A DNA stretch of 64,000 nt from Octopus sinensis (lineage: Eukaryota): positions 36,766,001 through 36,830,000 of the forward strand of contig NC_043010.1 of the NCBI RefSeq assembly GCF_006345805.1, written 5' to 3'. Made by a program: the position numbers and the translations under genes. The notes beneath the pieces are model-generated. The model was not told the DNA's origin. It saw nothing but the letters and a program-made list of their open reading frames with translations, and searched no databases. Positions 28,038 through 40,557 of this stretch are shown here, in pieces (the first letter of the stretch is position 1; each line of letters opens with the position of its first letter).

Positions 28038-28487
28038 TGTAAAAAATTCATTATTTCTTAATTAATTTCCAATGATCTGGTTATCAATATGAGTTTATTA
28101 CAAAATAGAACACTCTGAGAGAACAGACAACAACTTTTTTTTATCAAATATTTGAAGCTTTTGAAATTTAATTATCTATTAACTATCTTTGGCTTTCATT
28201 AAAAAATTAAATAAATAAATGAACAACAGTAATAATAACATAAAAAGGTAATAATATTTTTGGCTGTCTCTGTTCAAAACAGCAACAACACCTGGTACAG
28301 AAGATGGTAAAACTTTAATTGGAAATTAATAGAAATTAAAAAATTTAAGTATTCGCTTGAGTGTGTTTGCGTGTACATAGATGTTTGTGTACAAACACAC
28401 ACGTATATATGTGTGAATGTATGTATGGCCTCAGCTGAAATTTTCATAACAGCCTGCAGAAAATTTCACAACTAGCAAAAATCTTAG

Positions 28488-28492
<5 letters not shown>

Positions 28493-28569
<77 letters not shown>
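28493..28569. repeat. (TA)n microsatellite. Other long simple repeats at ~3826-3872 (TA), ~9895-9926 (CA), ~11630-11710 (TA/TG), ~40358-40412 (TA), ~47044-47092 (CT/CA), ~50860-50917 (TA), ~54937-54973 (CA)
   Basis: Direct inspection. Confidence 0.95.
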
Positions 28570-28571
<2 letters not shown>

Positions 28572-30861
28572 GTAAATGAAATAATTTACGGACATAATTT
28601 CAATTTTGTTTTGAATGAAGATTATAACAGGAAGTAAAATTTATACTTGGAGATAATCTGGAGAAATATTTCTGGAAATTCTTAAAATTTCAGAATTACT
28701 CAGAAATTACATAACAAAACAAGAAGATTAGAAAGAAATTGAATAAAATGTTATTAGGAGGCGAGGATAGGTTACTATTTAATTTATTTCATTTCATTTC
28801 ATTCCAAAACCAAAGTTAAGTTTCTACAAAGTTTAGTTCCTTAAGTGAATTTAATTGATGGGCTCACATACACCTACGAGGACTCGTACATGTTTAAGGG
28901 GATTGGCAATGGGACTGCATGGCATTCATCCATTTGCTATATTAAAGAATTGTAGAAATTGGATGGCCAAGACCAGACGTAACCCTCTATTTTCCAGTAC
29001 ACATAGAACAATGTCTGAAGTAGGCATAACAGAGAAGGAAATACATTCTGGAAATGAAATAAAATAATTTATTTGATTTCACTAAGATTTGAACTCCCTA
29101 TTTTGAAACTGTAAGTGGTCAGCTGTCTTGGTATTTATATAAACACCTTTCATGATGAGGAGGGTGATGATGGTGCTCTTGAGAATTTCCTTTTTGACTG
29201 TTCAAAAGGGCCCTAATAACATTTTCATGGAAATGCTATTTATGTCTTTCCTCTCTAAAACATATGAGTACCATATTTGAAGGCATATAAGATACACCTT
29301 TCCTCTCCTAAAACGTCTCAAAATATAAGCCGCGCCCCACCACAACTCAATATGCAAAGCTGGGTTTCCCATAAGAGTTAATGCACAAAAGACATTCTTT
29401 TCTAGAATATGTGCTGGGGTGAGTCAAATATGCCTATGAATATTTTATACTGCCAAATACAGTTAAGTATATGAGCACACATTAGCATACATACTTTTGT
29501 GTTTACGGGTGCAGTTTTATAAAGGGAGATAGTGATATGAAACAGCGAGCTAACTCCTTTTCTCAGTGCATAACTCTTTTAAGACTGAAACACAAATTTA
29601 CCATGATCAATACTCTTGGCTGAACTTTTGACTTATACCACTCCCTGGAATTGCTGGCCTTGTGCCAAAATGTGAAACCAATATTTATATCATTCGTTAG
29701 TATGTTAACAGATTTATTTATTATAAGTAAACTGAGCCAATTACAGAGGCTCTAGTTAGCTGCTTCATCTGTTACAAATAGCAACCAAATACTGCTATTG
29801 ATCCAAAGCAACACACCACCAATATCATTATCAATGTGTTTGATCTCAATGCTGAGATGGGTTGAGCAGATTTAATGTCAACTTTCTGTGGCTGTCTCTT
29901 ATGATGCCTAGCAATACATGCATCCATCCTAAATGCCAGAATAGACATATGCAATATAAATATTCTAAGAATTGGAATAGGAAATGCTATACAATAAAAA
30001 AAAATTGTAGTTAAAAACACTGTACAGGAACAGTTTAATCTACAGCAATGAAGAACTGTACCAAAATCCTTGCCACCACCTCCGTTATGGACCATCTATC
30101 ATTAACTGAGAATTGGAATGAGGTAGGTAAAGAAATCTGCATGGAATTAGGAGAAAGGAAGGAGACTGACAATCAGAAGGTTCCTTTTTCATGTTGCTGA
30201 TGTTATTACAAGAATTTTCACACCAAAACTATTTACAAATTTCTGCTTGTATAAATATAAGCAAGCAGACACTCAGTTATGTTATCTGATTGTATGTCCT
30301 CCTTTATCATCACCATCATCATTCCTGCATCTTGTTGCAGCTAATTGTTCTCTTGTCCAAAGACTTTCATCATTCAATGGTGGCTGGGTAGTGTGGTATA
30401 GCAGTAAGTTCTTGGGGGAAAGAAAGAAAGAGACAGACAGAGAAAGGGACTGGTTCATGTAGTAGAGGAAAGAATCTAATTTCAAATGTCACAGCTTCCA
30501 AGTATATATAAAAATTGAAAGAAACTAAGAAAAATCAGTGAAGTGGCTAATGGTAGGAAGAAAAAGGAAGAAAATTGCCTGGGTGTGTTTCTGTGAAAGA
30601 GTGAGTGGGTGTATGGGAGAGCAGGTTTGTTAGTGTCTTGTCATCTGTCTGTATGCTCTACATGTGGAAGCTGAACCCCCACTGTGTTTTCATGAGTGTT
30701 TGTATCTGCAAGAGCAGATCTTTTGGTATGAGTATGTGATGTTCAAGTGTGTATGAGAACCTGTGTTTGAGTGTTGGCTTTAAAATGTGATGGTGGGCGA
30801 TGCATAGTAGTGAGACGCATGTGTAAGACATGATAAATTTAGATCAGTAAAAAGAACTTAC

Positions 30862-30870
30862 AGTGATTCA
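30862..30870 (-). CDS. CtBP: Candidate 9-nt CtBP microexon C (TGAATCACT, phase 1-1; adds V-N-H)
   Basis: Preceded by ~70 nt of AG-free, mostly pyrimidine sequence ending in tattag; followed by GTAAGT (30861-30856). In frame. No transcript evidence available. Confidence 0.5.
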
Positions 30871-33099
30871 CTAATACATTACATACAAAGTGGTTGAAAA
30901 TAAAAGGGGAGAAAAAAAAACGAGTGGTGAAGGTAAAAAGCAACTGAAAAGCAATTTTTGCAGCTTATTTTATATACAAAGGATTCAAAAGACGTCACTG
31001 ATCACTTTTTTTCTTTCTTTTTTTGGTTTCTAAAACTACTACAGAAATTGAGGTAGGAAAAACTTTGCTTGCAATTGACAAAAATGACGACCACACAAAT
31101 TGAAAATCATTTTTTTTTTTTTTCTAACCACATCAAGCATTGTCACAAAAGATACAATATCAATTACAAAAATTGCTAAAAACCAAAGGCTTGATGGCAG
31201 GGGATAGAAAAGATCAACCCCTCCTTATGAGAGGAACAGTTGAATAAAGAGGGTGGTAAGTCAGGTTTGTAATTCAAAAGGAGTATCTTTAATATTAAAG
31301 TTTGCATTTCAAAACTGACAGTTCAGTTTTGTTTTTAAATTTCTTTAATTAATGTTTTAATTAATTATGGAATTGTCCAAGTGGGTTGTTTTTTTTAAAC
31401 TTCAACACATTAAAAGAAGTAAAGAAATATTTCCCAATTAAATTTTCTCAACTAACTGACATATTTATATCATGCATTTGATGAACCATAATCTCACTGG
31501 TTAAAAACTTCCAACAGGATAATCACAGATTCACTGCATTTCCAGTGACAAGAGTGTGTCTTTGCAACGCGGGCAAAGTTAAACACCAAAAATGCACTAT
31601 TGCATCAGTTTCCTCACTGGTAATGTGTACATGTTTTACCAATAAATATCAGTAAAAGAACACATATATATACATACAAGAAGGAAGGTGACAGTCGCTT
31701 TGAAGTTTTGGCAAGCTAGCATTCGTTAGACAATCCAAAACTGTGAAGTCATGAAGTTAGCGACTCTTCTTGTAAAAGTCTAAAAGTATACTCTACAAAA
31801 AAAAAAAAAAAGTACTGAATAATTTTTCAGCTTAATGTTAAATTTTTATTATAACTTCATATCGAAACAAACAATACATATAAATGTGCATGAGCATGTA
31901 TATATTATATATGGGGAGCTTCCTCATAGTTTGCGCCTGGTATTGAGCATTATTTTCTGTGCATTCACTTGCTTTTATATGAAAAACCTGAACAGTATTA
32001 GATGTAATAGTTATGTTACAGTATCCTTGTTATCAAAGTCTATATTTGTCAGTTCAAAAATTACAGCAGATCTGTAAATGCTTTGGCAAAATTCAACAGA
32101 ATGATGATGTAAAATTTTAAAATTAACCTCCTCAACATTTTATTACACAAATAGAATCAACGCTTTTCAACTTTGCCTAATTAGATGCGTCTCTCATTAG
32201 TTAATTAATTAATGCCATTTGCTTCCGGATAGTACCACATTCTCTCTAAGCTATATACGAAGTGGCTGATTCAAGAGGGTAGTGATGCAAATGCAAATTA
32301 ATGCTAATTAGTTGTACAGTGATCCTGCTGCTTACAGAGATAAGCTGTAGCTTTGATGGCACTTGTGTTATAAAACAGAACTTGGTAGAGTGGATGAAAC
32401 ACGAGTTAAGATATCCTGGCCCATGATATCAATACCATATGGACTCAAGCCAACAAGGAATCCTCTACACAGCCACTCAACCAACATGAAATAAAAGCTA
32501 AGTCTTCCTCAAATTACACCAAACTCTCTTATATAGGAATGACACAACGGATAACATATTCCAACGCCTGAAAATCAAGACAGGAGGATGGTGGCCACAG
32601 CTTGAAAAGCTTTGATGAAGGCCTTCTAGATTTGTTTTGCAGGGTCTGTAAAAAAGGGCAGTACACAAGGCCTTCATAGGCTCTCAGAGATTAGCACAAG
32701 CCCCCTCTCCACCACATTCACCATATACAGTGACAGAATGGGTGATGAAATCAGGGAGAAAGGAGGCAAAAAGTGCCTCAGTTGCGGTGGCATGAGACTA
32801 GTTCCAAGGCACAGAAACCATTACTATAGGTAGAAAAAAAAATCAGAAAGATTGACAATACAGTGGGCTAAATGCTGGAACATGTCTGTGAGAGACTTTA
32901 TACTAGTCCGTTGAGTAGACATTCTTTGGATGAAGTTTACAATGTGCAGCAGCAGCAGCACTTTTACAAGCTTGAGGCCTAAACAATTATACAATGGACA
33001 AGGTCAAGTATGAGAGAGTTTAGTCTAGTGCAGTTATTACTGTTAGTGAGTCACTTCTCCCAATACAACCAATGATTTTAATTTCAAAATTAATTATTG

Positions 33100-33280
33100 G
33101 AGGCAAGGGACCTAATGGTAGACCACAAGCAAAATGGTTAAATTATATCCACAGACACAGTTGGTCACAATTAGGAATCCAGCAGCATGATGTAATGACA
33201 GTTGCTTTTGATAGAACCCCACTATGGAGGTGTCCTTTGAGGACTCTACACCCACAACCCTCCCAGGAATAGCAGGCAGT
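33100..33280 (+). mobile_element. RTE-clade LINE C-terminal fragment (second family)
   Basis: GKGPNGRPQAKWLNYIHRHSWSQLGIQQ...LHPQPSQE resembles RTE C-termini of the GKRPxGRPRxRW...WxRLG...LPPQPS type. Confidence 0.7.
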
Positions 33281-33369
33281 GAAAATGGAACAACAGATTA
33301 TTAACTGCTATTCATTATCATATATTTCTACTTAGTATTTTATCATTCTTCCTGCTATTATTATCAAAG

Positions 33370-33791
33370 CAGAATTGTTAGTACACTGAGTAAAATGCTT
33401 AGTGATATTTCTTCTGATTCTCTAGATTCTGAGTTCAAATCTCACCAAGGTCAACTTTGCCTTTCATCCTTTCAGGTTCAATAAAACGAGTACTAGTCAA
33501 GAGCTGGGGGTCAATGTAATTGATTTGTCTCCTCCTCTCAAAATTACTGGCACTGCACCAAAATTACAAAGAATTATTATCAATATTTTATTATTAAGAT
33601 GGCTAGCTGGCAGAATTGTTATTGTGTTGGGCAATATATTTTGCAGTATTATCTCCTGCTCTTTACATTCACTGTTCAAATCTCACCATGGTCAACTTTG
33701 CCTTTCAACCTTGCAGGGTTGATGAAATAAAGACCAATGTAATCGACCAGCTCCTACCCCTCAAAATTGCTGGTCTTGTGCAAAAATCTGA

Positions 33792-33830
<39 letters not shown>
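33370..33830 (+). mobile_element. Two tandem SINE family B copies with (AAT)n tail
   Basis: Same motifs as the 14990-16050 array. Confidence 0.8.
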
Positions 33831-33834
<4 letters not shown>

Positions 33835-34840
33835 GACTCTGCCACTGAAGATGACTTTTGCTGATCGACCTGCACAAAGGATTTGTTTATAGTGATCAAA
33901 TGTAAGTGCTGTACATTACCTCACTCCTTCCATCAAATCAATGTTACCTGAACAGGTGCATGGTGTGTCAGGTGTCAGAGTGATTGCAGAGCATTGTGAA
34001 ATGAAATGTCTTGCTCAAGAACATAATGCACCACCCAGTCTAGGAAATGAAACTATGATCTTGCGATCATAAGCACAACACCTTAACCACAAGGCTATGC
34101 ATCCTACTGGTTAGCATGTTATAATAATGATAATGGTGATGATAATTATTATTATTGTTATTATTACTATTATTACCAGTTTCACTGGACTGTAGCTGTG
34201 TTGAGGCACTACCTTTAGCAATACATTCGATTGCTTCAACCTCAAAATGAATCCAAACTGTACCTGAACAGAGAATGTAAAAGTATGCATCCAAACAGCA
34301 TGAAGTGTGTAGTGCAATGGCTCTACAAATTGTATTAGTCCTTTGGGGCTGTTGATTAGATTCCTTTACATGAATATGTCAATGCAGTTAACATTTGTCT
34401 TCACATCTCTTAATTCTCACTAGGTCTTGTACAGTTAGCATCAAACATCAGAGCCAAAATGGTGTCTGAAACTGGTTCAAACAACCACAAAGGACTTCTC
34501 TCTCTCTTTTTATTTTTTTAAAATTTATATTTAAACTGTTTAACAATCAAATTAAGAATAGTAATTTTTTATGTTTCAATTTAACAAGTATTTAAAGCTA
34601 AGCCTTCTAAATAAATAGAAAAAAAAAAGAGAAAAATAAAGGGAGACAAACTAAGAGGCTCTAATATCTAATATAAAAAGAAACACAGTGACTTACAAAG
34701 CCACAAATAATTTTATACAGGAAATAAAAATTCAAATAAATAAATAAATAAATAACACAGTACAGTTACAAATTAATATCAACACACGAAGAAAAGAGCA
34801 CTGACAGACGATGGAGAATTATAGATAACAAACAACATAC

Positions 34841-34879
34841 CCATCACTGACTTCCCATTTATTGACGATGTCCAGTTTT
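34841..34879 (-). CDS. CtBP: CtBP cassette exon B (39 nt, phase 1-1): xNWTSSINGKSVM
   Basis: tttcctccttttcaaccttttag|...ATGG|GTATGT. 8 of 12 residues identical to exon A, with synonymous third-position differences. Confidence 0.8.
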
Positions 34880-37800
34880 CTAAAAGGTTGAAAAGGAGGA
34901 AATGACAGTAACAGACTTGACAATATTTTTATAGTGATGATGATCTCAGACAGGGTTGTTATTTTTTATAGTTTTTATTTTTATCCCTTTTTTTAAAAAA
35001 AGTTAGTAAATGCTTTCCATCATCTTCCAACACCACCCCTTTTTTAAAATTTTTTTTTTTACAGCAGCAGTCACAAAGAAATAGAAAATAACACCACATA
35101 CATTTTTTTTTTTTTTAAATACACAGTAAAATAAGACGCAAAGTAATGAAAATAGAGATCAGATTTATATAAGAAATTTTTAAACCTTCATCTATCGCGC
35201 TAAACCTACAACAGGGAACAATCTCCTATCCAGTAATTTGCAATTCTGCTCCATCTCTTTAAAGAATGTTTACATGCATGTGTGTAAGAGACCAGAGAGA
35301 TAGATAAAAAGACAGGTGCATGCGACTTTCACTTATTTACGATGGAATGTGTGCATGTACACATGTGACAGGTATATTCCTACCTATACAGCTACCCACC
35401 AAAATAATTCTTGTGGTGTAAATCTCAGTTATATTTTTGTTGTGTCTTGGGAAGAGTCATTACGCCAACTTAATCTGCACATTAAAAAAACAATTGATTA
35501 ACCAATTTAAGAATAAAGAACTGAAACTGAACCTGTGCATGTGTTGTTATTATTACTGACATAATGAATCCCCCAAGACAACAAAATTTATTTCAACACA
35601 TGAATTCACATCAAGAATCTTGCAAACCAAATACAACAACGAGGTCTGAGTTATGTTTTTTTTTTTCTTATCTTTTGCCTTTAAAACATAAGTTTGAACT
35701 ATCAAAGAAACTCAAAACTGATAAGTTTTCTGAAAATCAATGCTTCTTTTTTTGTTTTCTTATATTTACAACAGTCTCCATCAAAAAATGACTTCAATGC
35801 AGATACTCCTCAATCTGCCAGCAATGGCAGCCAAAATCTCTCGCAAAGCACACACAAAGAAATGCGAGACAATGTAACTTCTAGATACACTGCTTGACAA
35901 AAACACGGGATCTTCAGAGGATTTAGTTGGAGCAAACCAATGACAACAAACAAGAATATTTGCAAATATAACCAACCCATAAGACTTTCATTGTTCTCTG
36001 GTCATTGTTCAATGAAAAAACATCCTAAAAAACTATCGATTGACTATCTCTAAGATGCTTCATATATATATATAAAAAAGAAAAAAAAACTATTGATTAA
36101 TTGATTATCTGTAAGGTGCATCATAAAGAAAAATAGAATTTTTCACCCAGTATTCTAGGTCTTTGTTTACTTAGTCAAAACATGATTGTTAATTTGACAA
36201 AACATGGCAGTATTGCCCACGTCAACCTGTAGTACTTGCTTCCATCAGGAGACAAAAAAAATAAAAAATGGTGGGAAAACAATATCTAAAAATCAATGAT
36301 TTTTCTATTCTCTACCCTCAAACTGAAATATATATTCAACCTTGACAAATATACATTTGAACATTTTATATTTCAATAGATGTTCTGTTCATTTCCCAAG
36401 AGACAAATTCACTGAGTTATTTGTCAGTGTATCTCGTAAGAAAGAGACAAACAAGATGTGCACGTGTATGTGTGCATGTGCATCGTCTCTGTCACCATCC
36501 TTTTAATGTCCACTTATCAACCATCCTCACATGGGTCAAGATAAGATATTTTCAGGCAGATTTCCTACAGCCAGAAGCCCTTCCTGTCACTAACCATCAC
36601 TTATTTCCAAGATAATATTTCCCTATGGCCAGACATATTTAGATAAAAGATTGGAAATGAAGGCCACTACTTACATGATAGTAACAATCATATAAAACTA
36701 CCACCCAGTGTCAAGGCGAAGAGACAGTAACACACACACACGACACATTTCTTTGAAGCCACACCTGCGCCTTACATAAAATACACATACACAAGTAAAG
36801 CAAAATTAAATATTTCTTTCTCAATGCTGAATGAAATACAAAAACATTTGCACAACTTTACAAATATATCTATATAAGCTTGTCCGACAGACTTTAAAAG
36901 ATTCGAAAACCACAATTGACACTCTCAAGAGATTAAAGTAATTATTAATGACTGTCTCTATATTTTAGGTATGAAAGAAAGATTAGGAGGCCATCATACT
37001 TTTTCACAAAGGCTATAAGGTAACAAGTTGTCAAACAAGTGAAACTGAGAGCAACTGTGGGTTGAAACCATATCAAAAATTTACCTCATCACAAATGCAG
37101 CTCTTGTATTATAAGCATTGATCAAATATGATATTGATTTCTTTTCATAAATTGAGAATTTTCTTTCAGAAAAGCCTTTTGTGCATGTATGCATGTGTGT
37201 GCTCACTGATCGTTACTTTATCAATTCCTCAAAGGTAAAAATGATCTCAGAAAGATTTTGACGTAACAGCAAGTAAAACATCCCTACCACTCCTATCAGT
37301 TTAATATTACACTAACAGGCAGCAATTACACATGAATACACATGTACACACAAACAGGTCATGTTAACCATTTTGTTACGTTTCTAACACACTTACACAC
37401 AGCCTGTGAGTTTCAATTTATTTGAAATGGAATATTTCGAGGATTTGTTAAAATAGCTGTCACGCTTGCTTCTATTTATTAATACACAAAGCTAGAGTTT
37501 AGAATACAGCTTATAAAAAAAATTCTTCCATGAAACTATAAAGAAACAGTTACTCACTAAAGTATTGAAGAGTCAAGTTATCTTCTGATAATGAGATTGT
37601 TAACAAGATTTTAATTTAAATATATAAATAGTTGACTGGCAAAATTTGTACAGCATCAGGCAGGCAAAATATCTCATGGTTACATTCTTTTTGTGTTCAG
37701 TTAAAATCCAACCCACCTCAGTGTTGCTTTTCATCCTTCTGATGTTGATAATATAAAAACCAGTTCACAAGAACTGGAGTTAAAACATAATTAACTACAC

Positions 37801-38610
37801 CCTTGAAAGTGGTGCCCAATTATGGTTATGGTCCACTGGTTGAAAGCAGTAAAAGCCAGTAATGAATTCTAGAATTGCCACTGAGATGTGCTGATTCAAA
37901 CAGAGCCCAACAAGGTGAACATAAAAAAAAACTGTTTTTATTTCATTTATATCACCTACTCCATTGGGGAAATGTTTGACCAAGTCTCTGAAATACCACC
38001 AGATACAGGCCTATCTTGAATATGAATAAACCCTAAGTTGTAGCACAAATGAATTATAGCAAAAGAGAAAGAATATTGCAAACAGCTTCAAAAGAAATCC
38101 TTTACAATTCATCAAAGCCATGCTTCTCCACAAGTTGAAAGAGAAGAGAATAGTCGAAGAGAGCTGCAGAGTGTTTGATTTATTCCACAAAGAACGCCGC
38201 AAGTTTTCTCAAACAGATCTATTTAGAGACAGGGCCAGCCTTAAGCAATCTAAACTATTATCAAAAGCCTTCCAACAACAACCATCCTATCTAATTTGCA
38301 GACACAATATTTCTACAACTTCCAGAGTGTGATGAAGGAAATTTGGTTTCTATTTCTAAGAGAGTGGGTGACCATGTAGATGCTCCCTTGTTGTTTTGCA
38401 TGTTAATTATTTGTACCTAAGGATATTGATTTTCTACTGAAATCATATGTATCGATTTATAATTCCATTCTTTCATGTCCGAGATTGAGATTACTTCAAA
38501 TGCTGTTCACTGGTATCGTCTACGACAGCCATGGGTTGACCAATGCCTTGTAACTCAAATTTGGTAAAGAGAAATGAGAAGAAACTTATCGAGAGAGAAA
38601 GAGAGAGAGA

Positions 38611-38644
<34 letters not shown>

Positions 38645-40121
38645 ATGGGCGGGTGTGTGTTTCTGTCTTGATGCATGCAAACTGATTGGGAACAAACCTT
38701 CACCAGCCATACAAACAGTAGCATTTGTTAGCAGGCTTCTGCAAAAACCTGCTTGGGTAGTTCATTGTTCATTAGAATGCAGGAGAATTATTACCCTGCA
38801 TGGTAACAGACAAGGGTTAATTACAGGTAGGACATTTGGCCAAAGAAAGTTCTGCCTCGATAAAATTATTTTAACTCTAACTTTCCCATGTATGAGAAAA
38901 TGATTGCAGAAGCAATGAGGATGCAATGACGACGACGATGATTCTTGTTTTTCGTTTTTTATGCCTCAACTGAGCTGAGCCAGTACTCCAGGCATGACCA
39001 TCCCGTCTTTTCCTCAGGTAAAATACACCTAAATATTAAATTATACAATGTCTTGCTTTCTTTTAGAAAACAGCAAGAGTGCAATTTCAAAGCTATTTTG
39101 CTGCTATTTCTAGTGATTCTGAAGATGCTCTATCATACATTAATTTCTACCATATGCACCAAGGTTATTGATTTTTATAGAAATCATTTCCTTTCTTTCC
39201 TACGTCATAGGAGACATTGAATATGACATTATGGAGGTGAGATACAAATTCAATTTAGAAATAGTACGTTTTAATAAATAGCCAATATGATTTTGGCATT
39301 TATTTAAAACACTGTTAAATTCAATTTAGATCCCACCAACACACATACAAATAGGTTGATAGTAACAAGTCCAGTTTTTATCTATTCAAAGAAGCAAATT
39401 AAAGAAATTAATAAATAAAAAGCAACTGTAAAGGTGCCTTGATCTGTGACTTGACCTCAACTGCCAAACCCCTTAAGCCTGTACAGTTAAGTAGTAGGCC
39501 AGTTAAAACTCTTATTGATTTGTGGATTCAGTGCCAGTGATGAGATACAAAGCATCTTCATTCCTTTGATAGACTGATTCCTTACTAACTCATCCAAGCA
39601 CAATTCTTTTATCTTTAGTGGAACAGAGAGAGTGAGGAGAAAGAAAGAAAGGAATGAAGGGATAAACAGAAAGGGGAGAGCCCATAGGAGTGAGAGTGCA
39701 CACACGTGTTTATGTGTGTGTGCATATACATGTGTGCACGTAAAATTAAATCCATACCATAAATCTCCCTAGTGTCCACTCTAACATACAGCTGAAACCA
39801 TAGTAAAGAATTTAATTATAGTCTCTCATCTATTCTCTCTCCCTCTTTCTCTACATTGCTCATCACAACAAGCCAAGCTTCACATGGTTGCTCATTCTGC
39901 TAGACAGAGCAGTCAAATTTCCTCTCAAATCATGCTATTCTTTAGAAAGAAAAACAAAACACCTTTGGATGATACAGTCATAAATCTATTGTACCCAAAT
40001 GAAAGAGGTTGATCACAGCTGGAACATCTTTCAGTCACAAATCCATTCAACCAGGGCTAATCTACAGCTACAACATACTTCATTACACATGAATGCAGTG
40101 AACACAACTGAGAGATATTCT

Positions 40122-40353
40122 TTTATTCTTATTTTAGTCATTTGACCGCAGTCATGCTGGAGCACCACCTCAGGGGTTTTAGTTGAACAAATCAACCCCA
40201 AGACATATTCTTTGTAAACCTAGTACTTATTCTATTGGTTTCTTTAGCCAAACTGGTATGGGGACATAAGCACACCAATTTCAGTTGTCAAACAATGGGG
40301 GGGGACAAACAGACACAAATACACAAATAAATAAATAAATATATTTTATTATT

Positions 40354-40419
<66 letters not shown>

Positions 40420-40557
40420 CATATATCAGTCTACCAAATCCACTCACAAGGTTTTGGTCAGCCCAGGGCCATAGTAGAAGACATTTATTTGCCTAAGATG
40501 CCATGCAGTGGGACTGAACCCAGAACCATGCAATTGAGAAGCAAGCTTAGATATTTT
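40122..40557 (-). mobile_element. SINE family A, full length, with central (TA)n
   Basis: Head, core and tail motifs are all present. Confidence 0.8.

Noticed and set aside
32335-32343. Another AG-N9-GTAAGC configuration (CTTATCTCT)
   Set aside because: No pyrimidine tract; consistent with chance.
38060-38332. ~90-codon open frame (QKRKNIANSFKRNPLQFIK...)
   Set aside because: No recognisable domain; possibly a decayed retroelement, but it cannot be assigned from the sequence alone.
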